From the human T2T-CHM13v2.0 reference genome, Homo sapiens: a DNA stretch of 64,000 nt. The notes under the pieces were generated by a model. That model did no database searches. It was not told the origin of the DNA and saw nothing but the letters and a program-made list of their open reading frames with translations. Below are positions 1 through 13,744 of this stretch, in pieces (position 1 is the first letter of the stretch; each line of letters opens with the position of its first letter). The position numbers were made by a program, and so were the translations under genes. The DNA lies in NCBI RefSeq assembly GCF_009914755.1, contig NC_060929.1. The stretch is one strand, 5' to 3'.

Positions 1-2199
1 GCTGCTCCTGAATAATTCTTCAACCTGGGCAACGCATTTAAATTGGGAATTTTCAGCTATAATTGTTACTCTCTGCTGTCCATAGGATGAAGTCTTTGAC
101 CCGAACCTAAATACAGACCAGAATTCTGAGCCCAAAAACTATCTCCAGCATCCGGAGAAGAAGCATCATGAAAGGGGAGGAGAGAGCTGTTTATATATAA
201 AATAAGTTGAATTTGCAAGAAAGAACCGACTGTCTTTTTCTTTAAAAATTGTAGGTAGTATCAAAGTTTTTCTCCTCTTTACAGATAAAAACAAAAAGGC
301 TAACGGAATGCAGTCGACCGAGAACTAGTTTCTTACATTTCCATTGAGGGTATCTTTCTCTAGATCTGTCATTTTTCAGAATTTTCCAAGTAATAAAGTC
401 ACAGGCTTTTTTGTTAGGTGGCTGGAAAGAGAAATGTATTTGTCATTCTGTCTGATCTTCCAAAGCATTTTTCAGTGTTGTTTTTGTTGCTGTTATCTTG
501 TTGAATTTTTTATCAGACTATTATTGGTATCACCAATAAAGAGGATGTTGAATTATGTTTCTCATTCCAAAAATAGTGCAAAAAAATTAATCTTAAAAAG
601 TATAATGGAATCCACTTTTCTTTCACTGACTCCATCTGCAAGCCAGGATCAACTGTAAAATCATTTTATGAAGAAGCAATATTGCAGGGGATTTATTCTC
701 TGGGTCTAACAGACTGCTTGCAAGCCAGCGTTAAAGACCTTGAACAGTTGATGCAAATTCCACCTTTGTATTTTACTGCCCTCAGTGAGCTCAACATCAT
801 TCATTAAAGGGTGTATTAGCTGATATCTTACCACCGCCATGCAGCAGAGAAGGAGAATCACATAATTTTAAAATTCAGGCTGAGGGCCACTGTGGACGCA
901 GAAGGCTGACTTCCGACCACCTGCTTCCCCACTAGACTTGTTCCAAATGGCTTTCTTGAGAGGTGATTCACAAGTGCTAAAAAATCACGAATTTTTAAAG
1001 TGAGATATTTTGGATTACTTATAAACTACTTTCCGTAATGGCATTTTACCAATGAAATGATCCACTGGATGAAAATGACTTATCCTTAGTTATCTGTTTT
1101 ATTCCTGAGCTCATCTATTTTGACAAGTTCTTGATCATTGTGCAGTACAAACTATGCGCAGCCTTTTCACAAAGGCTTCCCTATGGATTCTAGGAGCTCA
1201 CAACCCACCGCTTCTCAACAGACAGTCATATATTCTACTTTACAGCAGAATACTTCTGCCTCAGGGAATCCTAATGGCCAGTGCCAAATCTTGTTTTCAC
1301 TAACTGTGAGAAATGTGAGCCTTATGCTTTACATTAATAGGCCAAATGTATTTCTCTTTGATAGAAAATCAAACTTCTAAGCCACTGATAAAACTCTGGT
1401 GACATCCTGAGCTTCACAGGTTTGATCCTCTTACAAAAGGTGTGAACAATGCAAGTGAGGTTAACAAAAATCCTTGCAGGGAATCACACACTGAGTGGCT
1501 CTCTGGCCTGCATCACTAACTGCTGCATTTTATTAACAGCAGGTCAAAGAGCCTCTCGCCCAACACATCACAAATGTTCACAGAGATTCAATGAGTCAAC
1601 AAGTATGCCTACTGCAGCTGGAACTGACACTGAAAATGTGAACTACATTGACAAAAATTCTCAGCAGGCCTCTCAAACACAAACTTTTCCCTAGCCCAAG
1701 GTCTCTGGGGAAAAATTATAACAATTAAAAGTGCAGTGTGGAGTGAGAACACAGTACAGCAAATTTTTAATGTCAGAAAGTAGCAATTTGATAACTAAGA
1801 AAACTGGAAAAATCATTATAACCTATGCCTTACTTTGCCCAGCACCTCCCAAGACTCAACTGGAAAGAGCCTGGCTTTGAGAAGAATGAAAGCCTGAACT
1901 GCTGATTGTGAGAAAAAAAAAGGCAAAATAAGTGCTGAAAGGAACTCACATCAAATATTTCATTGTAAGAGTCTGATCTTATTTCCTATAGCCAGAATGG
2001 CATTTGACGATACAACAGTGGAGAATTTTGCTACTAAGATGTTGAATGAAATCCCTCAAGAGGAGAATTACCTTTGAGATTTTCTGTCACTTTTAAGATC
2101 ACTTCTGAAGTATCAAAGCACTACTATAGCAAATGAAATATTATGAGGAGCTTTGCAACAGATGCCAATACCTTCCCAAACATGTCTGAGGCATCTCCT

Positions 2200-3100
2200 A
2201 GGTCAGAGGCCCTGGATTTCAAACATACTGCCAATATGTCAATGACCCCCAGATACACAGCTCTATTCCCAATCATTCCTCGATAGCCCACACTTGTGTA
2301 TCTGTCTACTCTCTAGACCCGATGAGAAATGAAAGCCTTCAACTCAAAGTTAACATTGCCCTAGAAGAACTGTTGCGTTTCCCTCCAACCCCTATACCTC
2401 CCCAGGGCTTCTCTGTCTCAGTAAGTGGTCCACCATCCACTCACTTACTGAGGTCCAAAACTTCCAATTCATTCTTAATTTATCTTCCCCTCTCTCCAAT
2501 GCCCAATCCATCAGAGCACCACAGACTCTACCTCTAAATATGTCAAGCCCATCCACTTTTCTCCTTCTACACTAACAACCCTGTAGTCTGTGCCACCATC
2601 ACGCCTGACCCCATCATCTGTGAGAGCTTCAAGCTGGTCTTCCTGCTTCCCCTCTAGCTACCCTGGAATCCATTCTCTGACCCAGTGGTGACCTTGATAA
2701 TATAACCGACAATTTGGAAACGTAAATAACTCATATCCCACCACTGCTTCTCCAAAGGGTTCCCAATGCCCCTAATAGACATAGAAGTTTCATGTCCCGG
2801 CTTACAAAGCCCTACATATGCTAACCCTTACCCACCTCTGTGGTCTCAATTCACACCACTGTCCCTTTCCCCACTACACACAAACCAATCCAAAGTTGTC
2901 CCCTATTCACTCTCTGTCACATGAACCCATCTGAATTCTTTGCATAGCACTTACCACTGGACAATACTTTTTTTATTTATTGTGAACGCAATTATTGCTT
3001 ATGGTCTAACTCTTCCACCAAAAATGTATGCTCAGAGAGCCAGGAGCCTATCTGTCTTGCTTACGTGCATATCGCCAGTGCCTAAAACCGAGGCTCACAC
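2200..3100 (+). mobile_element. L2 (LINE-2) 3' fragment, ancient
   Basis: C/T-rich L2-like text (ccatccactcac..., aatccatcag...ctacctctaaata, gccaccatca, ctggtcttcctgcttcc, aatccattctct) ending in ccagtgccta; boundaries approximate. Confidence 0.75.
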
Positions 3101-3653
3101 ACTACATGTGTTCACACACACACACACAAATACCTGGGGAGGAGGGAGAATGCAAGTTATTTCTCATGGTCACTTTGACTGCAATTTTCAAGAAAAACAG
3201 TCAGTGTGTGACAGCAACAGTAGAAGCACGATTTCCAATCAGACATTAATTGAGACGACCACTAGCCCTTGGTGACCCCATGTACAGGAAGAGATGTTTC
3301 AGGGACACCATTTGTTTATACAGATGTCTGTCCTTAAGGGATTTTTGTTTGAAATCAACCACCAATCATGTATTTTCTGCAAGGAAATTACACAGTAAGG
3401 GTGGGTTCCAACCCTCAAAATATTTGCTAGCTCAGTGAAATAAAACCAAGATTCCATTTGGAGAAACCTATAGCTGCTTTACTTTGCAATAAATTGTAAA
3501 ATAGGTGGGTTTTATTGTTTTATAATTCTTTTCTGTAATAGTCTACCAAGAGGAATCCCTTGGGGACCTTTAGAAAATAAAAGGGGTAAAACACATGCTG
3601 CATTAAGAAGTTATATATTATCCACTGGGCTCAGCCATGCAGGAGGCCTCAGC

Positions 3654-3800
3654 ATGACCTTGGCAAGTTTCTTAACCTCACCACACTGTTCACTCACCTT
3701 TAAATGGGGATAATATTAGAACCTGCATGCTTGTTGAGAAGATGAAATGGCATGCATAAAGCAGTATCTGGGACACAGGAAGTGCTCAGATAATGTAAGC
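3654..3800 (+). mobile_element. MIR SINE fragment
   Basis: tgaccttggcaagtttcttaacctc...taaatggggataat...ttgttgagaagatgaaatg matches the MIR core. Confidence 0.75.
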
Positions 3801-3892
3801 ATTATGAATTATCACCAAGTTATTACCAGTGCTTCAAAAAATATTTCAGATTTGGAAATGTTGGAAAATCCACATTATTAAATTTGTATTGT

Positions 3893-4256
<364 letters not shown>

Positions 4257-4787
4257 TTACAAGGAACTGTTTAATGACTTGCTCTGAGCATGTTCAAGTG
4301 CTCCTTTGGCTGCAAACACAGATGACTACCGCAGGCCCGTGGAGGTGACCCAGGATTAGCTACACTCTATTCTTTCTACACTTGGGGAACTGGCATGTGC
4401 TTAAGAAAAGACAAGAAAAGCTACTTCAAATCAATAAAGTCTTCACAAATCATGCACACGTGATTAGAAATGTTCGTTCTGGGTGTATCTGATCATTTAG
4501 TAATTGCTCAAGAAAACAAGAATAACTTTGTACATTATCTGCCATAAAGACAAAAAATGAGCAAGAAAATGAGAGTCAAAGTTAGAAAACAAACAAAACA
4601 CTTAATATTATAATCAGAGAACTGAGTCACACTGTCATAATTCACTTTTTTATTGTTGCTAATATTATGATGTCCCAGAAGACACTTCTAAGACATTTAC
4701 ATAGACCTTAACACCTGGTTTATAAAATAATATTAAAAGAATATAGTCCAGTACATAAAAGAGAAAGTTATTTTAAAAAATGAAATT

Positions 4788-5078
4788 GGCCAGGTGCAGT
4801 GGCTCATGCCTGTAATCCCAGCACTTTGGGAGGCTGAGGCGGGTGTATCATGAGGTCAGGAATTCAAGATCTGCCTGGCTAACATGGTGAAAACCCAGCT
4901 CTACTAAAAATGTAAACATTAGCCAGGCATGGTGGCAGGCGCCTGTAATCTCAGCTACTCAGAAGGGTGAGGCAGGAGAATCTCTTGAACCTAGAAGGCA
5001 GAGGTTGCAGTGAGCCGAGATCCCGCCACTGCTCTCCAGCCTGGGTAACAGAGAAGACTCTGTCTCGGGGGGGAAAAA
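4788..5078 (+). mobile_element. AluS (Sg/Sc-like)
   Basis: Full dimeric Alu with tcatgaggtcagg; short G7A5 tail; flanking repeat aaaaa(a/g)atgaaat. Confidence 0.92.
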
Positions 5079-5699
5079 GATGAAATCAACTCCTAGAAAA
5101 TACTGCAGCAGAATGATAAAGTAAACATACAACTACATATCAAGTTGAGTCGAGAAGAAAGGAATTTCAGGAAAATACACAAAAATGATAGTGGCTTGGG
5201 AGAAAAGAATAGACCTGCCTATCAAAGCATGTGTTGGTTCTCTGATGAGGTTTCAGCCTGAGAACTAACATGGGAAATGTGCTGTCCTTCTCCTGCTTTA
5301 CTAACCTTCTGCCTTCTTGGTTGGTGCATCCCTGTGCCGGGCTGATGAATACATCACAACTGCTGCTCACAGCTGGGAACACAACCAGTAATAAGGCACA
5401 GTTATAGCTTCAGGGATGTAAGGAAGGTGAGTGACTGTCCATACTGTGCGTGTGTGTATCCACAGTCACACATGTGTATGTAGCACCAAGTTAGTGAAAA
5501 GGTTTTATTTAAAAGGTGCTACCTAGGTTGTGATTTTCCTCTAGTAGGTGGATCCTTGAGCAGCCTACCCCTAATTTGCCACAAATTCATAATTAAGTTA
5601 CATAGCTGGGTGTTAGTATACTGTTTTACATATAGATTTCAGAGATTTTAACCCTGCCTTAGTGCACCTAATGCAGTAGGGTTTCATCCAATTATAAGG

Positions 5700-5837
5700 C
5701 TTTCTCTATCTGTTTCTATATCTATTTATCTATCTCTATATAATTTACATACATGCATTTATATAGGTGGATATTCTATCTTTCTGTTTATTCAACTCTA
5801 TCTACATATATTACATATATGTGTGTAAATATATATA

Positions 5838-5868
<31 letters not shown>

Positions 5869-5873
5869 TCAAC

Positions 5874-5927
<54 letters not shown>

Positions 5928-5945
5928 CATCCATCCATCCATCCA
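5700..5945. repeat. Compound microsatellite: degenerate TCTA, (TG)n(TA)n, then (TCTA)13(TCCA)5
   Basis: (TCTA)13 at 5874-5925 and (TCCA)5 at 5926-5945 counted directly; TG/TA dinucleotide runs at about 5815-5868. Confidence 0.95.
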
Positions 5946-6629
5946 ATTGACCCAGAATTGTGGTCACAGCAAGGCAGATACTCTTAAACATTAGTGCTGT
6001 CCTCTGGACATGTACATCCAGATAACTATGTTACAGGAAATACAATTTCAGTCTTCTGAGCTTGGCTCACCCCACAACCTGACAGTCATGCTGTGCTGCG
6101 CTATTTTTATGTTTAATATGTACTCCTTGAAGATGATACTATGAAATTCCACTGTAACACTGATAGTGTTCAAATGCTCACTTTAAGAAAGGTTAGATGC
6201 CAGGAAGGAAGTGATACCGAATCCTACAGTGCAGGAAAGCAGCTACATTGGTTTCGGTCTTGGTGCTATTTGAATACCTCACCTTCCTTTTCTGTTCTCT
6301 TCTACATCTCATAGATAACCATTAATAAGAAACGGACTTTAGAAGGATCTCACAGTCTTTCCTGTCTTTGGTACACTGTAAGTGATGTTCAATTACACTG
6401 GAAAACAGTGAAGACTATTTGAGAAAGCAGTAAAATGAATGGCCCCAGCTGGACAATATGGGGACAGTCTATAATGGCTACAGCAAATATAATTATTTAA
6501 TTATTGTAAAATTATGCAATAAACTTCTTAAACTAAATATAGCACAATCAGAAGGCTAGAGCAGTACATTTAATCACACTCTTAAGGACCATTAGAGAAG
6601 TTATATTTTACAAAATTTCCATCTGAATC

Positions 6630-6930
6630 ACTTCATTAAATAACATATACGTATTCAGTGCTTATTATGTGCCAGAGTGTTAAGTATTGGGAAGACGGAT
6701 GCAATAATCAAGCCAAGGACTTCACAGTGTGAAAAGGAAGGACTATATGTATTTACAAAATACTACAATGAATCCTACTTTAAATTGCCATTGCAGGGAT
6801 GTGCACAGGAGTGTGGGGACACAGAGGGGGTGTGACTTAATTCATCTGGCCATGGAGAAGGAAGAGAAAGGTTCATGGAAAATGAGACAGATTAGCTGAG
6901 AACTGGTGAACAAGCAAATATCTACCCACT
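6630..6930 (-). mobile_element. L2 3' end fragment
   Basis: tattcagtgcttattatgtgccag is the reverse complement of the L2 3' terminus. Confidence 0.55.
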
Positions 6931-7089
6931 GAACAATGTGGGGGAAATTATACCAAATGCATGAATCTCTGATTGGGGTGGGGGAGGAAGAATCCCATTC
7001 CTCTTCTCTTAGCCAAGCCCATAGCCTTCCAGCTCTGTGTCCAAATTAGAAATAGGGTATTACTCATGCGATTCAGAAAGTCCCAGAAA

Positions 7090-8590
7090 AATCCATCCAT
7101 CAACCCATCTACACAACAAATAATTATTGGCATCTTATTACATCTTAGTCCCTTACCTCACCTAGGAATGGAGCAGTGAGTGAACAAAATAAGCAAAATC
7201 CCTGGCAGGGTAGAGCTTACATGAGAAGGCAGGGGCAGAAGTTATGTAAAATTGATAAACAAAATATCTCATGTATCAGACAGTGCTAAGTTCTTTACAA
7301 GAAAAGCAATAAAGCAGAAAAGGAAAATAGAGAATAGCAGGGAGACTTTCCATTTTAGTCATTTGATCAGGAATATCTCCTGACAAGGTAAGAGTTGAAT
7401 AAACTTGAAGTAGGCCAAGGAGCAATCTTCAGGGATCTTCAGGTAAAGAGTGCTGCAGGCACAGAAAGGAGTCAGAATGAAAAGACTGAGCAAGGAAAGT
7501 GGCTACTCTGTTCCAGGGAGACCAAGGAGGCCAGTGAAACTGAAGCTGGTGCTTGGGAGAGAAAGATAGATAGAGAAGAGAGAGGATGAGGACAAAGAAG
7601 GGACACGTGGTGCCTGGCGCACCAAGGGAGGAAGCTGGCTTTCCATCAGAATAAGGCAGCAGCTGCTGGAGGATTCTCAGCAGAGAGCCTGTCTGGTCAC
7701 TGTGTGGAGAAAAGACCACGGAGGCCCAAGAGCAGAAGCAGCGAGACGGCCGGAAGACCTGAGAACTCACGGGGACCAAGTTGCTGGGAGCTTAGCTGAG
7801 GCAGGGAGCAGTGAAGGTGCTGAGAAGTGGTAAGATATTGGATATATGTTGAACAAAAAAACGAACAACAATAAGATTTGTTGACAGCTGGGATGTGGGG
7901 TGACAGAGAAAGAGAATAATCAAGTATTGTTCCAACTGTTTCAGCCTGAGCAAGTGGAAGACTGGACTTCCCATTAATAAAATGAGGAACTCTACAGAAG
8001 GACATGGCTAGGGGTTGTGGGGAGAAAAGAGTTCAGTTTGGACATGGTTAATTTGAAGACATAAATTAGACATCCAGTTGTGAGGTTAAATAGGCAGTTG
8101 AATATATAAACAATTCTGGAGCTTAGGGATAGGTTTTGGCTGAAGATAGACATGTGGGAGTAATTAGTGTGCAAATGATACTAAAGCCATGAGACTGGAA
8201 GAGATTTCTAAATGGTGAGAATGGTGGGAAAAGAGACAAGGTCCAGACACTGAACCTTATGGGACTCCAGTGCTTGGATGGCAGAGAGATGACCATTTGA
8301 GGCTAAGATGCAAAGCCCAGAGATATGAGGTCAGGCCAGAGAAATGGAGCATCCTAAAGCCAAGTAGAGAAAGTATGTCAAGGAGGTGGGAGGGGTCGAT
8401 GGTATAAAAGCTGCTAACTGTTAAGTATGATGATGACTGAGCCTCGACTGCTGGATTTAGCAACATGGCGGTGTTGGGTGATCTTGACTAGGCAGTGCTG
8501 AAGGAATGACTAAGGGATCAGACTGGGCTCAAAATAAAATAAAAAGGCAGAAATGGAGGACAACAAGTACAGGCAAATACTTTAAACCAA
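7090..8590 (-). mobile_element. L2 (L2a-like), about 1.5 kb
   Basis: Purine-rich reverse L2 text: gagttcagtttggacatg, attagacatccag, taggcagttgaatata, aagccatgagactgga, ctggatttagcaacatgg. Confidence 0.85.
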
Positions 8591-11149
8591 GTTTTTTTTG
8601 TTTTTTGTTTTTTTTTTAGCAAAGAGGAGATAAATGTATTATAACTAAAGAGGAAATTAGAGGCCACAGGTCAAATTTTCTTAGGATGATAGATGTTTCC
8701 ATTCCTATTGGAAAAAAAAATAAACAGCATAGAGGGAAAAATAAAAGCTGATTATGTAGGAAAGAAAGGAAATAACCGCTTAAGTACTGTAGGAGCAAAG
8801 GAATGGGATACAGTTTGGCCAAACTAGGGTTAAGAGTTTCCATCAGAATTAATCAGTGTCCACTAGCTGGAATATTGTGATTGGCCCACTTGGGTAGGTA
8901 CCTCACCTTTAAAACATCACTGTAGTAAGGAGGTGGCCTGCAATGAAGAAAAGAGGAACAGTTCTCAAAAAGTATGTGGCCCCTGAGCTGTGATAAGGGT
9001 ACCCCAATTTATATGTACTAAAAAAAATCTGAGCTACAGTAAACAACTTAGATCAACCCACTTAATTCCTCAGCACTGGAAATGTAAGTGCACTATTCTT
9101 AGATACTGTTACATGAAAATGTGGTGATATTTACTTCCCAGAATCTCCCAACCAACTTCCCAACCTTTGCTTTTTCTGCTTTGGTTTAACCAATAGTGGT
9201 TACTGCTCAGGCTTTAAACAAAAACAAATGAAGCAAAATGACTCTGATTTCTTTGTGGCCTCGGAGGCTCAAAAAGACACAAACACACATAAAACCCCCA
9301 CTAGCTTTCCTAGATAAAGCATGAACTGATTAGGTTTGCAGCCCTGCAGCTATAGAGGCCTCTCCAATACTCTGATCTGGAAACCACAGGGCAGGAAAAT
9401 CCCCAAAGTCCCATGAAATCCAAAGATCCAAACGTGGGGTCGTTTTTATGCCCTCAGGAAAGTTCTGCCAAAAAAAGAGATCTTACACACAGTGTAATTG
9501 AGAGGGCAGTATCCTTACGTGCACATGTAAATCCAAATCCAAGCAATTAACCCCACACACATCTGCCCCTCTAATGGGTGTCTGAGAATAAACAGCACAC
9601 GTCAATCCCTCCCAGCCTCACTCAATCACGAAACTAAGAAAAGAAAATGAATTCTGAACTTCACCACACAGCTGTGATTCACAAATATTTATAGTAGCCA
9701 TAAAGCTGGTGACCTTCAGGAAGATAACACACTTGGCAGACATTCACCTAAACAAAAGAGGGGAAAAGGCCCAAATCTCAAACAGCAGAGAACAGAGAGA
9801 GAGGCAAGATTTCCCAAGTTCCATAATGGGGAATTCCAATGCATTCTGATGGAGATAATGGAAGCTGACAATTCTCCTGTCAGTGAGCTTTGGTAAGCGG
9901 AGTGAAATGCTTGTGACAAAACAGATCAGCTCTGCACGGGCCTTTCTGGATGGCCTCACAGAGATTTTCCATCAGGCTGAGTACACAATCGGATGGGACT
10001 CAGGAGTGGTGTCTACAGCCCTGTATTTCTGACATTATTAGGAATGACAGGCTAAACCTTTATCCCAAATTACAACCACTCAGCATGTTTAAGCAAGTGT
10101 GTACCTTGTATCAACAATATACATAGAGATGCCCTGAAAATATCACAAAATAAAATTCCTTTCAGGAACGTGGCACCGAAAGAAACACCGTCAGCAACTC
10201 AGCAAGCACTTTTTTTTTCATATTTGGTCTCTTTGTCTAGTTTAAACCCCTCATTACCTATTATCACACCCAAACCTATGTCTTCTCACTTTCCTTATTT
10301 TATAGCCAAGAAATCTAACAAAATCAAGACAAGTAAAGACTGAGAGCTGACTCTTGGTCCGATCTGTCCACGGTCAGGTGGTTATGAATCTCAAAAAGCG
10401 AGATCTAGATTCAATCTTTTGGAACTCCTGCCCTTAACATTATTGTACGCACATCACAACAAATTACTATTTTACATCAGTGCTCGAGACTGCACAAACG
10501 AGGACATCTTATTTGTGATTTGACCAGCCTTAACTTGGTCTTTGATACCCACCATGTAACATTTAATGCAAACACCTTAAGTTAGCTACAAGAATGAGCC
10601 AAGAAGCAAAGCACTGTGATCAGGATTTAATCATGGTTAATATAATGGGTTAAGTTCTATAAAATTTTTTAAAAATGAAATATAGTTGTTAAAATATAGT
10701 CATAGGTTGTATAAAATCTTAAAATAGAAAGTTCCCTTCTCCCTAACGAAGAATGAATAAAAGAATGAGAAAATTTAAGTTGTCTGGTTCTAAACTAGGT
10801 CTCTATTTGTAGAAAGGAGAAGTGTGTTTCTGGGATTTTCTCCCACTTGTACAAATATTGTTATTGTCCGAACATCCACAATAAATTAAAATTGGGGATT
10901 GATTTTTTTCAGTGAGGACAAAGAAAGGCAGAATAAAACATTGAGAAGGTTTTAAAAAGCAAAACTGTATTTTAAATATCTGTTCCTGAATTAAACAGTT
11001 AAATATTTTTAATACAATCAGAAGAAAGTAAAGAATTTTTGTTCATTTTTTTACTATTCCCATTTTATAGATGAAAATGTTTTGTTTTATTCCTAAGCAC
11101 TGATTAAAATCATTATCAAGAAAAAATCTGACATCACTAAAATAAACTT

Positions 11150-12140
11150 ATTTAAATTTAAAAGGATAAAGCAAACAAGCAAATGAAATAGCGGAAAAAA
11201 CAGTGACAATAATGAGTTAATATTCTTAATAATTAAGCCTTAAAATCTGTAAGAAAAATGTTGAGTCTCTATAGCTAAACAGTTATAAAATCTGGACAAA
11301 TAATTCTCACACACGCTTGTTTGTCTCTGTCTCTCTCTTTCTCTCCCACCCTTCCCTCCCTCCTTCCCTTCCTCCTTTCTCTCTTTCTCTCACCTCTTCT
11401 CAGAGTAATGGCTAATTATTGCTTGAAAAAAAATTAGCAAAGAAACACAATGAGTAAAAAATAAAATATATAAAAAAAGAATATTATCAAATTGACTAAA
11501 ACAATTAATAATACTACTCAAAGTTTTTGAGTAATGATATTCAAATTTGTTTTAGCAAAATAAATTCTCCAGCATATAAATGAAGTATAAATATCTACAA
11601 TACTTTTACAAAGCCAACTGGCAGATTTTTAAGACTCCCTGGGTTTTATGTAGTAAATCAACCATAGCTCTTCTGAGCTAATGAATTAACCCTCAATTAA
11701 AAGAAAGTATTACAATAACAATTGCTATTGTTTTTGAAGCATGTACTTCATGCACCAAATACAGTGACCTGCTCAAAATGAGAAAGCAGGATTGGAACTC
11801 AGGTGTATGAAGTCTCCCATCACCCTTTTCATGTTCATTTCAGCATGGTCTATGACTTTTGTGAACTGGAAGCAACATATGTTCCACAAAAGAAGCAGGA
11901 AATGACATTACAGTGCCTTTACACGATAGAGTATTACATATACATTAAAACAAGGGTTTTTTCTTCAATTTGCAATAATATGAGAAAGTATGTATAAGTG
12001 AAAAAGCAGTATGCAGAATTTTATGTCTAGTATTATCTCAACTCTTTAAACTGCTTATCAAAAATATTCCATAAAAGACTACATTAAATGTCGTCTGTGA
12101 TTGTCTTCAATAGAGGCATTATAGTTGAATTTTCCTCTTC
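11150..12140 (+). mobile_element. Old L1M (L1ME-like) remnants with a CT-rich insert at about 11320-11400
   Basis: A-rich degenerate L1 3' text (aactggaagcaac...atagagtattaca...aagtgaaaaagcag). Confidence 0.5.
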
Positions 12141-12189
12141 TTTTATATATTTTCAGTAATGAGCATTCACTACATTAATGCACTTTAAA

Positions 12190-12500
12190 AATTTTTTTAA
12201 TTGTAAAAATAATAATACTCCTGAAAATCTTACTGACCACATGGATGATAAAGTGCAAACACCTGTACTCCAGAGATAATCTCTGTTTAGAGTATGGTAT
12301 ATATTAATATATATTCTAGGAGACTTTATAATACACATGAACTTGTGCATAGAGATTGTGTGTGTGAGTCTGTGTTTATTTTTAAGAGGAATGGGATTAT
12401 ATTAAATATATTATTCTGCAATTTGCTTTCTCAGTTAATAAGGAATCAAGGATAGTTTTCCATTACTTTTATGGTCAGAATTTCATTTTTTATATCATTG
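12190..12500 (-). mobile_element. Old L1M remnant
   Basis: aatgggattatatt...tattctgcaatttgctttctcagttaata, typical of reverse L1ME/L1MC 3' region. Confidence 0.45.
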
Positions 12501-13429
12501 CTATTAAGGTGAAGCACACTTTGCCATGGCACATGGAATAAGTACCTAGGGGCCAGTGCTCCTTGACAAAGGCATGTCTCCAAAACTTCTGCTATATTAT
12601 CAGGCTCTTGAGTTTGCTGCAATTATAGATTTCTAAGAATGAACGAATGAATGAGTACAATAGTTCCTTGCTTAAATTGCTTAAAGAAACACAAATTAAT
12701 TGGTCTTTCAATTTTCTTTGCCCATCTTTGTAAATGATATAGTAGAGAGTCAAATATGCCTTTAAGTATCAGAAGTATCCGTTTGTAATAAAAAAGAAAA
12801 ATTTAAAAAATCATACCACAATTTATTTATGTGGCAAAGGGTATTGCCATGTTATTTCATCATTTAACTATGTCAATCCTGTTCAAACTCCATCTTTGCT
12901 CATAATAAAAGAGGGATATTCGAGACCAGACCGGAACATTCTTGTTCAACATAATTATCAGAAGGCCCAAGATAATTGCATGTTTACCCTAATATATATA
13001 AAAGGCAGTATGTATAAGGGTGCAAACTAACAGTGTCACATTCAGAAACTATATAAAAACCAAAGTAGGAAATACCATCTAAACTTATTTCATAAATGAG
13101 TTATATATACCAGCTTAACAAAATATCAAGAAAATAATATTTACCAGGCCCTAATTTGAGCAAAGCTGTAATTTAGGTGGGACTTAGACTAACACATTTG
13201 GGGCATATAAACCATGTCAAGCAATAGAACATCAAATGTCCTTATTCTAAGGGGTAAGGTTTGCAGTTACAATAGACTTCAATAAAATTTGTTTATAATT
13301 AAAATCCAAGCATCCAAGATAAATTGCACTGTGGGACTAATACCTACTGTCCCCGAAACACTCTCATTCACTATACTATGAGGTCTTCGGCAGTGCAAGG
13401 ATCGTGTCAATCATAGCTCAGAAAGCTGC

Positions 13430-13623
13430 TTAGCCTGGAGGCCAAATCCAGCCCACCACCTGTCTTTGTAATAAAGTTTTATTGTAACACAGCCATGCCC
13501 ATTCACTTACATACCTATGACTGCTTTCATACTACAACGGCAGAGTGATGCAGCAGAGACTCTATGGCCTGTAAGCGCCAAAATGTTTTCTCACACTTTT
13601 TAGAAAACGTTCGCCAATTCTTG
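13430..13623 (+). mobile_element. MER58A-like hAT-Charlie DNA transposon fossil
   Basis: ggccaaatccagcccaccacctgtctttgtaataaagttttattgtaacacagccatgcccattc...actacaacggcagag. Confidence 0.85.
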
Positions 13624-13744
13624 ATTTAGATTACTGTTTGAAAAACTGATTTCTTAATATTTGTTCTGAGTTTCTCTCTACAGGTCTGAGTAACTCCAGT
13701 AAGGAATAAAAACTAAAATATGACTGTTCTTATTCTAGGGAGGC

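Noticed and set aside
5753-5994. ORFs with SIYL repeats
   Set aside because: Translation of the (TCTA)n microsatellite
13381-13410. U6-like cttcggcag (and Y-RNA-like tggtccga near 10356)
   Set aside because: Matches are only 8-9 nt and do not extend
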